DNA from: Tubulanus polymorphus
Lineage: Eukaryota > Animalia > Nemertea
Direction: 5' to 3'
DNA length: 64,000 bases
Assembly (NCBI RefSeq): GCF_964204645.1
Contig: NC_134029.1
Location: forward strand, 21,756,950-21,820,949
In this document: piece after piece, positions 24,101 through 44,989 of the stretch
Layout of the letters: each line of letters starts with the position of its first letter
Numbering within the stretch: the stretch's first letter is position 1
Notes under the pieces: generated by a model
What the model was told of the DNA's origin: nothing
What the model saw: only the letters and a program-made list of their open reading frames with translations
The model's database searches: none
Program-made: the position numbers and the translations under genes

Positions 24101-27100
24101 AGTTCCGTCGTCGTCGTTGGGTGTGCCGGTGATTTGTTCGGAGCCGTTTCAGTTTTAACGGAGCTATTAAGTATTAATGAAGGCGGAAATAACACAATAG
24201 CCACGAGCGAGAGAGAGAGAGCGGTATCGACAACTTGCGTTGGAAGAAGTAGTGAAAATGAACCAAGGCGTCGTAGAGGGACTCGTGCAGATAAGAAAAT
24301 GAGCAGAGAAAATGACAAATTGTTTCTGTTACGAATTCGGATAAGAACCATTTCGTACATAGATGAAATACTCGGAAGAAGCTTAATAAATGCCCAGAGG
24401 TATTCGTTATTACTTAATTTCCTCGAGAGAATGCTAACCAAGTACATAGCGATCTATCGAATTCACCTTACAGCCATTTTATCATCGGAGTTTACTGGAA
24501 CTATTATACAAGGAGGGAATAAGCTGCACTGATCATCGTGAAACTCTATCACATTCATGTCCGTCATTAATGTTTGACCAGTTTTCCACTTACCTCCTGG
24601 TATCAAGTAACACAGCAACAGCGGCGTACGGAAAGATGAGATTATAAAGCTCGAAAAAGACCGCTCAAAGGGCCATTTCGAGCTAGTCTCTCGGGGATGT
24701 TAAAAATTCTCTTACGATAAATCTTTAGGCTTCGCAGACATGCATATGATAGAAACTTGCAGCATTTATACTAAACATAGAGATATAAGCTGTAGTTTAT
24801 ACATCGATGCACTGAATTTCCTTAATTTCCTTTTCGGCGACTTTCAATTCCTTCGTGAATTCCTCGATCAATCGAACTTCTATCACTTATATGTGACTGT
24901 GTATATTTACGAATCAATCGGTTCGATAACTTACGGTACACAAGTCTATTATCCAATTGACACGGTGTGTGTACATACAGGAGGCAGTTCGACCTGTTTT
25001 ATGTTCAAATTTGACTCCAGGGCCCAGTTTCACAAAAAAGTGAAACTCAAATTTTTGGTGTAATTGCCATTGGTTACTTCATTTCTTCAATGAGGACAAC
25101 AATTCAAACTTAACCGTTTAAGCCTTAAACTTGTTCGTGAAACTGCACCCAGGAATGAACTATTTTACTCTCAATTCATATCTATAAGAGGCCTAACTGT
25201 AGATTCGTATAGAATTGTTTGAGGCCTTTTTGTAATTACTTTGAGTACTGATTTTTTCAAGAAAAAAATGGAAGGGCGAAAAAATAATTATTTTGCAATA
25301 AGCATTTTAATATGGAAGGAACCAGGAAAGAAAGAAAAAGATTTTAAAAATATTTGAACATTTTCCCAGGACTCAGGACTGCAGAAAAAAATAAAAAAGA
25401 GTGAAAAATCAAGACACGCCTAAAAATTTGGGGGGGGGGGGGAAGATTGTGACGAAAACAAGGACTGAAAAACCAGTGTTTCTAATTTGATGGTTTTTGC
25501 AAATCCATTCTTCAAGTAATAAAAAAAGCTGTAGAGTGCGCCTCATGAGCGAGTTTAGTCATTGACTCGTTGATTAGAACAGCAACGACAACCTGCTAAC
25601 TGAGAGCCACTAAATTGAATTCGTCCTGAAGCAAATTAAACCACATGCCAGCCAAATATAGCGAACTCTTGGTGCGAAAGATGACGCTAAGGTAATTTTA
25701 AACCAGATGGAATAAGGAACAGCCCGCAGCAGGTTGCCTGATGACTGCTATATTTAGAATATATAGACTATCACGCTAAGGGCAATAATATGGATAGTGT
25801 TATTGTATTTCTGATAAGTCGTTGAAAATGTGGTAAATTCTGTATTCATATCCTGGATATATCGAGGATTCTGCACACCGAATTAATCAATGACTCCATG
25901 GAATAACGCCAATAGAGAGTTTGAAATGAGAGAGAAGAAAATATAATCCAGCTTAACCAAACTCTTACAGCTCTAATTACCATTAACAAGATAGGAGTCG
26001 TCTACGTAAGTCTGTGACTGTGTCAGGTGCCCACCAAATCATCAATATGGGAACCTAAGCCTCTTATCACTAGCGTTGCCCACAAATAGCGCTAAAGCAC
26101 CTTCGGCAAATTAGATCGGAGAGGTTTTTGGAATTAATAGTTAAGACGGTTATTGAATCTTTATAGACCTTTTTCTGATTGACTTTAAAGCCACGATCGC
26201 ACGAGTGTTTTTGGCCACCCCTTCATGCAGATACCGAATGCGCCCGTGCCTGTTTGGCCCATGCCTAATTTTGGCCCGACCAAAACATCAGATCAGACTT
26301 GAGCTGAATATTAGCCTAGGCAAATTATTGCATATGAATTGCAACTAGTTCCAGATGTAACACTTCATTTTGTCACAGCATTGTTTAGTGGTGTACGTGA
26401 GTGGTTTACATGTAAATGCGCTAACTGTAATTGAGCACGGGCCAAATTTGACTCTGATCGGGACCAATTTGATCTGGGACAAATTGACTCTATGTGATCA
26501 TCGCTTGAGACTCACATTTGAATGTTTTCTATAAACTACATATGTATTCAGCAGTGTAGATGACGTGATCGAACGGTCGGTAATTGAGTGTCAATCGATC
26601 GATCGCGCGATCAGAAATATTTCCGATTGCCGCGGCGGAATTTTCAGCTACATCGACCTCGCGGGATGCCTATCGCTAAAAAACGTCCCAAACGTCGTAA
26701 AATTATGATTTCGATCGACGTCAGAAACAAATCAAACGCGTAATTGAGGCGAATATCGAGGGACTGCGCGCGCAGGCAGGCAGCATCAGACTGTTTGTGT
26801 TAACCCCGATGGATTATTAAACTTCTATAAAAATCTGACGATTGATCTTATTTCGATGGTTAAAAGCTCGAAGATTCGAATAATGACTGATGATTGAACG
26901 GGGCCAGCCGGGGAGCAAGAATTATTGCTGATCTCTTGATTTCCCCAAGTATTTAGAACAGCGAAGAACAAGACAGAATTGATCATCGATATATCATCTG
27001 TTGAGAATACCAAGTGTTGTAAGTGTCTAAGTAGAAATGTATTCCAATACACAACTAGAATACCATTTTTTCGAAACACCAGTAAATATACATGACAATC

Positions 27101-30100
27101 TGCACTTCTATTCCAATGAATTGAACGCATTTAGTTTTAGTTGCCGTTGGAGAAATTACGCGCAATATACGGTCTGAATAAGGAAATATTTCTGAAAATC
27201 TCCATTATGGGATAAAATCTAATAATTCCCCACAACTGACTGAGACAACTTCACTGAGATAAATGGGAAAGTCGCAGAATACCACGGATGTTGCCCAGGT
27301 ATGTTATAGGGTATGGCGGCCATTTTGAAAGAGAGACTACCTGTCATTTTAAGTGTGTAGAGCGCTAATGAGAAATTAACCTGGCACCTTGGCAGCCATT
27401 TTGGGAAAGCCAGAAACCAAATTTTCAATAGGTCTAATAATCCATGGACCTACCATATCAAACCTACTAACTTTTAAGAAAATCATACACATTTTGTAGT
27501 GTCTAGAGCATTAACAAAAAAATTCAAAATAGCCACAATGGCGGCAACATTGGAAGAGCGAGAAAACATTGGAAGAGCGAGAAACAGGTGTAGTAGTCAC
27601 CTACCCCATTACACCTACCATGTTTAGAAGAAATCACACGTAATTTGAAGTGTTAATTTAGAGTGCTAACGAAAACTGCATGATGCACAATGCAACGTGA
27701 ACGGCACAACACCGGAGTGACATAACTCATGCAACAATCCATATCAGGCTACGAAAATAAACCTGATCGATACCAATATACATAATACCATATATTCTCA
27801 CAATCAGATCACAAATATCAATCTATACCGGTATAAACCGATATATACCGCATCCCGGGCTAGATTGACAGTCGTGAACCATGAATGGTAAGGAGCCCTA
27901 ATGGTACCCTAATTTGAAATCAACACGAAAAAACTCCTTCAAAAGATCTTTATTCCTCGATCATTTTTTGGTGTTTTTTTTAAGTTGAAATGTTGATGTT
28001 ATTTGTTGAAGAATGCTTCAAAGACGTTCAGTTTTGTCTGTTCAGTAAAATCTCTTAATGTATCGACGGGTGCCATTAGTAGCTATCACCATTTGATGAG
28101 ATGATAGGACAACGACGGGAGTTCGTTTAATGTCAATGATTCACGGTAAATTTGCGATAATCACCTCGCGCGCACTCACGAGGCTCTAGAGAGTGAACTA
28201 CAAACGAATTTCACCGATGTTTAATTGCGTCGGTTCAACGCGATTTTAACGCGAACTCCTTTTTTTTGCGAGAAGACGATTGATCAGGAAACCGATCCAC
28301 TTAACAACAACACCTCCGTGGTGAATTGATTGAAAATCACTGAACTGAAATACTGGAAACGTGACCAGAAGTACTCTTATTCGCAGTTTCAAGGGTAACC
28401 CACACTGATTCTTTCCACAAATATATCGTTATGATTCAATCATGGCATCATTGAAATCATTGAACTGCAAGTCTAAAATGTTTTTCTCCTGCCCCGGGTC
28501 AGGAATCGATTTTGGCCGCATCCCAGTGTCCTGAGGGCACGAGCTTTTTGTTGGGATACAAAAACTATCCAGACAGGATACAACGAATTTCTGAGCTCAA
28601 CATTCGAAGATGTTCTAGCAAAAATTCTGCCCTGTGTTTTCTCGATTAGAAACTAAATTCAAAGTCAAACTCACTCAGGCTCGTATATCAGAGTTGCAGG
28701 TAGGCCTACTGTAAAAACGATAATCTGTTAACCCAGTGTCTATGATATATATAAAATTACACAGACACTGAATTAACAGCATTATCGTTTTTACGGTACC
28801 TACAACTCTGATACGAGCCCCTGGGCAGAGGGGGGATAGGTACTAGATATTCTCTAAACTCTCTAGTGCATAAATCAAGCCTTACTAGTTCTAAATGCTC
28901 TATTTTTTCGCAAATTTTTTTCGCCAGAATTTCACCCGCCCGGAATAAAACGGAATACGTACCCATGTTTCTTTCTTGCCAGCGATATCGACGAATATAA
29001 GATGCGTTGCGGTAAGATATAACGTTCCGATCGACGGTTTCTTCGTATTAAAACGCTCCAACAGCCGAACATTCTCCACCTGAAAGTATCAAACAACGAC
29101 GGACCATTAACTCAGTGAGAAAATCATACGCTACTAACTGAGAAACTGCATAACGCTTAGGTCACTATTTCACAGTATAGAAATTGAGTGTGGAGGGAAA
29201 AGGGGTGGAATAGATGGAATAGATTTGTCCTTCACTTCTTTGTTTATACACCAGGCCCTTCACTCCTTCAGTTAGACGGTAGGACACGTGCTTGTTGCCA
29301 GATTTACAAAAATGACACTTTTACTATAAATCTTATCATTATCGTAGACATTCCCCTTTTTTGCAGGACAGATAAACCATGTACACCCCTATTCATGGAA
29401 TTATGTATAGAAGACTTGCACATCGATACTTCTTATAGCATATTCATAAGTGATTGTCCTCCTGGTCCTAAATGATTTCTAAGCTATGCCCTATGACACA
29501 GTTGAAACATTACCCTTTATAAAAAAAATCAGTCTATACTAAAATCCCTTTTTCTATGATTTCTAGGATCTCCAGTACATCTAATTTGCTGCCCCTTTTT
29601 TCTGCGATTTCGCAGATGTGCCCTGCTTGGTAAAGTGAGTGAAGAGCCCGGGGTTTATTCTTTTGAAATCGAGGGACCCCCAAAACTAGCCATTCCTTTA
29701 GAATGGCAAAAGATCAGCTTAGTCCATTTGAATATTTCTCTAAATCTCATTTCATTGTTTTATCACTAATCGTTTACAAATCCACAGCAAATCTGAATTT
29801 AAAAGTTGATTATATAGATTTTTCTGCATTTCTTTTATACCCGGAGTCACTAGTCTAGAGAAGAGCGCCGCAAGAAGAGCGTCGCGAGCATCGCCGTATA
29901 GTTTTTTGACATGGATATCTCATGACGCGCGGGCAACACGAGTGTCTTTAGTATCAAACATCATCATCAATTGATTGGTGTCTGAAAGATCCATTTGATC
30001 TTAAATCAATACATGTACACGTGGCGCGGCCCCTACTGATTACTGTTACTGGCTAAATCAAACCTATTCCGAATAAGAATAGGCAAGGTCAAACTCGGAG

Positions 30101-33100
30101 ACTGTGTACTTGCGTCGCCGGATATCTTTCAATCGAAACTTCTGATCGGCGAATACGTAGGCCGACCTATGATAGATCAACTGGCGCTCTTCGATATACG
30201 CGGAATCGCGCTAGAAAATCAATTCGATATCACGCCTCATTTTTAATTCGATATCACGCCGAATATTTAAACTCGTCTTCAGCAAATACCGATATTCACA
30301 AGAATAAATCAATTCTAGTTCGCGCGCTCAAAGAAGTTTTTTGAAAGCTCATTTCGCCAAGATTCACCGCTAATGGGGTAGATGAAAAGCGGTGATTGGC
30401 AAATACGCGACGTTTTGAAACGCATCGATCCAGGAACGCACGAGCGGTTGATGAAATGTACACAACATCAACGTCGGCTCCAGTTAACACAAAAAAAGCA
30501 CCTCCGAGGGGAAAATCAACGGTGAATACTCGAGCACAAGCCCTCGATCATATCTTCAATTATAAATTGAAGCGGATCTGATCAGTCATTCTCGCCGGTG
30601 ATTCTTTCAATGATTGATCTCGACGAGATATTTCTTAAGGGTCGGCGCGGGTTAATGTTGGCGAATTCATCGACAAGACCTGCGCCAAACACATGCCCTT
30701 TAAACGTTTAAGCTCCGTTTCTAATTTCGAGCAGCAGAAAAAGGATCCATAATTCGACGCAGGAATTCAGTATTCCCAGAAATGGTACGAAATGTTCAGT
30801 TTTTCAAAAATTCTCCATAAATCTTTCCCAAGGATATTCACCTGAAAACAATTCATAGTTCTAGCCAGCCATGCTGCTGTAGTCTTGTTTACAAGAATAG
30901 CCTGTAAATCAATTATTCATCTAATAAAATGCAGCCGTATTCAGTTTCAAGAAAACAAATCTTCTGAAGAACTTCTCAAAAGTAACATTTACGCACTATT
31001 TGAATTTATCGTTTATTCACGCCAAGTTGTCAGTAATTGGTAAACTCTGATTTGTCCAGCCACGTGTGTCTGTATGTTTTTGTGCTTCATACTAGTTTTC
31101 TTGATTAGTTGGATTCGAAATGAAGTTCTCCGTTGATTTGCGACGCGAGGAGTTGATTAATTTCGGCTCGACCGTTCTCCCGAGAGAGATCAGGCAACTA
31201 ATTTACCGCAATTCAACGCAGACGCTTATTATTCCGCCATTTTAGATTTCAATGAAATTAATTCGGGTTTCGCTAATTAACGGCTGGAAAGAAAGTTCAA
31301 ACGGACCAGCTGAAAATTCATTTCGATAAGATGAAGGGAAACTTTAGCAGCGATATTGAAAAGACCTTAAAGCATCGAAGACGAATTCTGATATTTCACA
31401 TGCAAGGAAATTTTCCCTCCAACGATTTCTTTGATTTCGGAGCAATAAAATCAAACCTATTACTCCAAGCTTTGATATTGCTCCGTTTAAATATGTTGTT
31501 AAAGCGCCATGCACATTCTTACCAGATAATTTTGCTTTACACGCGAAATTTTCTACAAATTCAAAAACAGAGATTACCATTAATCAAAATAAATCTTCAA
31601 GAATTATTGGCCATTTGAAAATAGCTAATTAGCTTCATCAGTTTCGGTTAACAAAAGCAAAAGGCTAAAACACACGGAGAATTTGATTTCTATGTTTGTA
31701 ATGGGTTTACTTTGTTAGAAATAAGATGTAACAAAATTCATCGTGATTCTTATACTTAAATAAGAATTTGTTCGAGAAATCTTCTAATTGAAGGACGTAT
31801 ATAGTGGTGAATTGAAAGGCAATGACAATATATTAGTCATATGGACAACATTATATATTAATGGATGCAAGCAGTGCGTCAGCGATGAGTCGGTTATTAG
31901 ATTATGCACTGCAAACAGTACCTCAGGCTGTTTCTCTACAACACTGGAACGTGTCCCAGAGAAATCTTGACGCGATAGTTTAGATATGACACATCACTGA
32001 GGATTAACTGGCACGATACCAGTTGAATTACAGGTTAAACAAATAGTAGTGGTACTTCTGTAACGTGTCTACGATCGAAAGGAAAAAATATGTTCCTTTA
32101 AAACACGGGTTTGACAAATAAAATATGTTCCTTTAAAACACGGGTTTGACAAATAAAATATGTTCCTTTAAAACACGGGTTTGACAAATACTTCTGTAAG
32201 GTATCTATGAGAGAAAAATTAATATTTTAGAAAATTAGATTTTGAGGCTTAAAAATGAAGCAGTTTCCCAGTGAAAGTAAAGTTTTCTGAAAGTGAAAAT
32301 ATCGAAATTTGAATAAAGAGTTTAAAGCAAGCACGAACAAAACAGCTATCGAGGTACATACCACTAGAGTTCCATCGGGTAAACTTTCTAAATCCTGTAA
32401 ATTCCCCATATTCTAAATCCCTAAAACAATTCTAGGTCTTTCGCACTATAAATAACCATAACTACTACATCCACGCGTCGAAAGCGACCTTTTTCAATGC
32501 ACATGCACAAATCATTCATGAACTACGGCTGGATATGTCACTTCGCAACAAAAGTATTACAGAAAATCGCCTAATCAATACGATAACACGAATACATAGA
32601 TTTTCCATTCATAACGAATCAGTAACGATGGAACGCATCATAAACAGCCAGTGGTTATTATAACACAGCCGTCGTCTGCTGCTGTTAAACCCTCACTGAG
32701 CAGACAACGTACTAGCTCTACCCATAATCCTCTCTGCTCAGTCGTTAACCAATACAGACGCAGCTTTTGACGGATAGCGTGAAACTTCAGTCAGACAGTC
32801 ACCAGTTACAGAGTTTACTAATCTCCCAAACGTCAAATGTTGATAGTTTATAACGGATTAAATCGGAAATTGCATCAATTGATTAGAGACCAGATGATAG
32901 CTTAAATATGTGAAATATCAATGGATTTAAATGTTGACAATTGGTAACTGATCAAATCGGAAATTGTGCTTGACAGCTTATATCTCAATTTTTAGCTAGT
33001 CTACGGTACTAGCATTGAGTAGGCTACAGTGTAGATAGGCCTACCTGAAATATCGAAGAATTTAAAGTGACAACTAATCAACTAATTTGAGTTTATATAG

Positions 33101-34013
33101 TTGAACATTCTTTATTGTAGATATCTATTTGAACTGGTTGATATGATACCAAATATCTTCAATTCTTATTTTGGACGATATGTTGAACTTAAGCAAGGAG
33201 GGGCTTTTTATACTGAATCAACATTGGAAGCTACAAAACATAATTTTCATTTTTCCATCATATTCAACCTTTATTCTCACCCTGCCTTTTTAGTCAATCC
33301 TTGATAAGACTATAATATCACCTTTCTATGTTCACTAGTATTATTAGATCTAGAGGAAGGTGGGCCAAACTGTGGTGACAGTGAGAAATTTTCATTTGAA
33401 AATTGACAAACAGGCAATCTTTATGTCGCCATAAAAAAACTATACCAGCGACAGTTACAACACTATTACGATAACATAAATAACATTAACATAATAATCA
33501 GGGATAGGGGCCTATTAAATTTTGGGTTAGGACAGGAGCGTCGGAGGATATAGAGGCTTGGGGTAAGTCAGATTTAGGGTCTGTATTAGTTAAGGCTAGG
33601 GTTAGGTTAAGGTTAAGGGCTATATATATAGTTGAAATAGTGACAGGATTAAAACGAGCCTCAGTCGATGGTGCCGGTGGTCCAGTTGGAAGACGCTGCA
33701 CTAGAGGGTCAGGGATCGATATGCTGGCCCGAGTTTGAATACCACGCTATCCACTCTTAACCCTTTCCTTCATTACTCTATATCCATTTTTAGAAATGAT
33801 TGTACAATTGTTCTGTTTTGGAAGGATAGCTGTCTGTTATGTCACAGTTTTTCAGTCAGACTTTTTTATAACAATTTAGTCTTCATTTTTTCATTTTCGA
33901 TTCGTAGATGCGAAGAAGAAGCCGAAGATGGACACTTCTTGAGTCCTGACATATGCAATAACAACAAATAAACGATACTGAATACATACCTTTGGGGTCC
34001 TTATGTGCTCCAT
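6186..34013 (-). CDS. MTMR6: Myotubularin-related phosphatase, MTMR6/7/8 subfamily, with C-terminal FYVE-like finger; 14 exons, ~734 aa
   Basis: Exons 34013-33990 (MEHIRTPK), 29079-28963 ([23 protein letters not shown]), 15310-15148, 14466-14309, 9100-8972 ([17 protein letters not shown]), 8881-8747, 8624-8492, 8400-8291, 8087-7965 (catalytic [12 protein letters not shown]), 7871-7618, 7537-7403, 7320-7194, 7104-6670, 6347-6186 ([19 protein letters not shown]). All introns GT-AG; total 2205 nt in frame. Confidence 0.95.
8211..8273. repeat. 13-bp minisatellite (ccaatacgctctc)x~4.5 in an MTMR intron
   Basis: Direct tandem copies are visible. Confidence 0.9.
10702..11105. mobile_element. MITE with terminal inverted repeats
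   Basis: Left end ggggctgttcaaaaattat; right end atcatttttgaacagcccc. No convincing coding capacity. Confidence 0.75.
11926..12075. mobile_element. ~150-bp palindromic MITE
   Basis: Left tatctggggccagttgcacagtcgtgact; right agccatgactatgcaaccggccccagata. A related-looking element lies at ~25017-25153. Confidence 0.75.
12923..13126. mobile_element. Palindromic MITE built of repeated agaccggtct motifs
   Basis: TIRs taggcgcgctcacacgac / gtcgcgtgaacgcggctta. Several internal tagaccggtcta palindromes. Confidence 0.75.
14068..14102. repeat. (ATTCT)n microsatellite
   Basis: attctattctattctattcta run. Confidence 0.85.
14602..14847. mobile_element. hAT-like MITE with 8-bp target-site duplication
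   Basis: ATAAGCAT flanks both ends (14594-14601 and 14848-14855). Degenerate TIR: tggcagattcaggg / ccctggatccgcatctg. Confidence 0.75.
16665..17007. mobile_element. Dispersed palindrome-rich MITE (ggcccgggccaaat motifs)
   Basis: Inverted homolog at 26188-26506 (acgtaaaccactcac vs gtgagtggtttacatg). A fragment lies at ~14244-14304. Terminal gtgtgatcgcggctt. Confidence 0.7.
17758..17792. repeat. (GAT/GAC)n trinucleotide repeat
   Basis: atgatgatgaagatgacgatgacgatgatgatgat. Confidence 0.85.
18234..18529. mobile_element. piggyBac-like MITE (TTAA target, CCCTTTCAGTGC TIR)
   Basis: TTAA-ccctttcagtgc ... gcactgaaaggg-TTAA. A similar inverted copy lies at 46800-47093. Confidence 0.9.
20460..20559 (-). 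mobile_element. tRNA-derived SINE head or tRNA pseudogene
   Basis: The minus strand reads gcccctgTAGCTCAGTCGGataaggcg ... gaGGTTCAAGTAC (A- and B-box-like). The anticodon and acceptor stems do not pair, so this is not a functional tRNA. Confidence 0.6.
21240..21501. mobile_element. Degenerate third copy of the piggyBac-like MITE
   Basis: acccttgtgcatctacaccgcagtgcgatgtataaattggtgat ... gaaagggttaa matches the 46800 copy. Confidence 0.7.
22474..22881. mobile_element. Tc1/pogo-like MITE (TA-CAG TIR) with a tandemly triplicated right end
   Basis: Left TIR tacagcggaacctcgttataac. Right-end block ctggtgtcctgaagttcgttgtaacgaggttccactg repeats with ~106-bp period, ending near 22671, 22777 and 22881. 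A related copy lies at ~49549-49709. Confidence 0.8.
26188..26506. mobile_element. Inverted copy of the 16665-17007 MITE family
   Basis: Ends aagccacgatcgcac / gtgatcatcgctt. Internal gcacgggccaaatttg. Confidence 0.7.
29251..29651. mobile_element. MITE with short TIR
   Basis: ccaggcccttcactc ... gagtgaagagcccgg. No clear TSD. Confidence 0.5.
32085..32189. repeat. Perfect 35-bp tandem repeat x3
   Basis: aaaatatgttcctttaaaacacgggtttgacaaat occurs three times without spacers. Confidence 0.95.
33672..33755 (+). mobile_element. tRNA-derived SINE-like head
   Basis: A-box-like TGGTCCAGTTGG and B-box-like GAGTTTGAATAC at tRNA-like spacing. The cloverleaf is incomplete. Confidence 0.45.
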
Positions 34014-34947
34014 AGTGAATTGACAAATTATATCGTGCCAGGGAATGCGCTCAAGATCTCAAAATCTTTGATTTTCCAATTCTTTTTTTTCCGAAACGTC
34101 AAATATGTTTACTTCCGGGTTAATGGCGGCTATATTTGGTCGAATTTAATCAATATTTTATCACATATAACGACGTTTTTCTCTTGAAAAAAATTTTTAA
34201 TGCAATTATCAACATTGATTTTTATTTATTAATAAAGTTGCAAAATAAAACTAAAAATATAATTTTTGTAGTTGAAATAGAAGGAGCAACAATAAATAAG
34301 TATTTTGACTAGCAAATATTATGCAGGATGTACTAAGTACCGAAACGGACCGTTAACAGTGTAATCCGGTTTTTCCTAGGAGATAAAAGGAATGATTTGC
34401 AGAACATTTAAGACCACTGGGCGTATCGACGTGTTGAATGAAAATCCATTTAAGCCGAAAAAGTAAAACAAACTTCAAACAGATTTAGTACAAATGGTTC
34501 CTTTATTCATCCAGTTCACATACATACAGAATGGCAACATAGATATACATGGGCATACAAGATAGATTTTCCGTCAATAAATGCTTCAACACCTTGTAAC
34601 CCAGCTCTTAAGTGACAGCACAAACCAAGCAGAAAACTGAATACATATCTTATAGTATTACTTCAATTCACACAACACATCATCTAAAAGTTACTATTAC
34701 AATTAAGCAATTTTGCATTCCAGTCGAATTGAGTTAGTGCTAACCAAATTATTCTCAGACGTATTCAGGATCTTTCAAATAAAATATTCTGCTCATTCAG
34801 ACGAAAGACATACTATAAATTACAAAAATATATACATGAACATTGTCTTAGGTCATCAGAAGCGATGATGTTGTGATTTTGTTGATAGATGAGTACGCCA
34901 GATCTACTCGCGATTAATTTTGTTCAGAAACACGAACTGACGACCAT

Positions 34948-40796
<5,849 letters not shown>

Positions 40797-41082
40797 ACTG
40801 GTGGTTTAACGGTGATATCACTAATTATCAATCATTAAAATCACTTTAAACAAGAGAGAAAGAAAACAACAGCATTCGCGCAAATTTTATTTTCGGTTGC
40901 CACTAAACTTCGGAAGTGGTTTTAGTCCGCGACCGCGGCCGTATTTTAGATAATTCCCCGGAAATGGTTCAACCTATGGCAAGCGTTTATTATGGTTTTT
41001 GTTATAGTTACGTCAAACAATTTTGTTAAATTCCAAAATTTGTCACTTGCTCATTCGTTCGTCCTGCGCAAAAAGCTTAAAG
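40797..41082. promoter_or_regulatory. Bidirectional promoter region for SMARCA5 and C18orf32
   Basis: Divergent ATGs are under 300 bp apart. The core is CpG-rich with ETS-like cggaagt (~40911) and ccggaaa (~40958). Confidence 0.7.
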
Positions 41083-41544
41083 ATGGTGTGCGTTCCGTGT
41101 ATTGTCGTGCCCTTCTTACTGTGGGTATTTCACAAGTTCATTAGACCATATCTACCAAGTTTCCTGACCCCATGGAAAAAAACTGACGCAGTAACGGCGG
41201 GCCAAAGTCAAGAAACAACAACAACGAATGAGCATAATAATTCCAAAAATGAAAAATCAGAGGTGTGTAATGTATATGTCGTTCGGTTCACTTTTGGATC
41301 ATCCACCTATACCGGGTTTTTATGGCCTCCCGTCAACGCAAACCCTGCTCGCCCTTCCGTCCTCGGACTTTGTTAGGAGGCAACCATTCAAACCCTGGCA
41401 AGCGAGGATGCTATTTAGATAAAAATCGATTCAAGATCCTTTACCATTGTTGTTCTTTTATGTTTGTAACAGATGAATGGTCATATCTCAAATGGGACAA
41501 CAAATAAAGAAGAGATAACAGTGTCAGATAAAAAGACCGATTAG
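41083..41544 (+). CDS. C18orf32: UPF0729 protein C18orf32 homolog; 2 coding exons (41083-41262, 41473-41544), 83 aa
   Basis: N-terminus MVCVPCIVVPFLLWVFHKFIRPY and C-terminus MNG..SDKKTD* resemble the human MVCIPCIVIPVLLWIYKKF..DKKKD. Phase-0 GT-AG intron. Confidence 0.9.
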
Positions 41545-41819
41545 TGGCTTTGTGACATGTGGGATGCAAAAGGCGGATGATGTGATACTAAACGTGCCGC
41601 AATGATGCACAGTATTGATATAATAAGAGCACCACAACTTCAGGATTTCAATTGGATGATTCATTGTGTAGTTCATGAAAGTGATTTAAGAGAAAGTGCA
41701 ATAATGATAAATTTTGTAGTTTTGGCAGCTGTTACATTTGATAAAACTAAGGGGTTAATTATGATTGAATTATATCATCGACAAATTTTCAAGTACCGGT
41801 AATGCTAAAAGAAATTGAT

Positions 41820-41968
41820 ACCTTGTTTCTCATTAAGTTGACCCGGCCAGCTGCATATCTACCCTGTACATAGCTTATAAAATCTTGATCAAGCTAACCA
41901 TAACAGATCCTGTAGCTATAGAAATGAACTGATAACAAATGACCTGGCCGATGAGGAGAAACAAGGTT
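41820..41968. repeat. Imperfect inverted repeat (MITE-like) between the convergent C18orf32 and RIOK2 3' ends
   Basis: accttgtttctc ... gagaaacaaggt. Confidence 0.5.
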
Positions 41969-42385
41969 CCATTATATTTTAGCCTGAACTTTCTGTTCAA
42001 TGCACAGTTTGGTGAAAATATTTATTGCATGTTTTTATGATAAAAATTTTTTTCAATTGAAATTTTGTTTCTTTTAATTCGTTTATGTCTTGACCAACCT
42101 CGTTAAAAATTGCAATAACAAAGAGCAGAGCATGTCTTGAATTTTATGCAGAAATGAAAAAATCTTTATGTTGTAAATTTCAGTCAATACACTTGAAATA
42201 TATTGTTATAACTTTCCAGTTCCGTTCAGTTTATTTAAAGGAAATTCCTGTAGCTCATCGTTGCAACTCTAGTTGATTAAGACTAATCAAATCTTTGTCA
42301 AAATTTTGATGGACTATGCATAAAAAACCGAAGTAAAAGGCAAAGAAAACTACATTTTCCAATGTGAAACCTATGATTTTATTGA

Positions 42386-44989
<2,604 letters not shown>

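Noticed and set aside
24085-24532. Overlapping 120-aa and 132-aa ORFs on opposite strands
   Set aside because: No recognisable domain and they span a (GA)n tract; better explained as CpG-rich regulatory or UTR sequence.
32085-32189. 35-bp direct repeats as a CRISPR array
   Set aside because: The repeats are contiguous with no spacers, there are no cas genes, and the context is eukaryotic.
41576-41620. SECIS-like ATGA...AAA...GA hairpin in the C18orf32 3' UTR
   Set aside because: Helix II length and the non-Watson-Crick quartet do not line up, and the CDS has no in-frame TGA.
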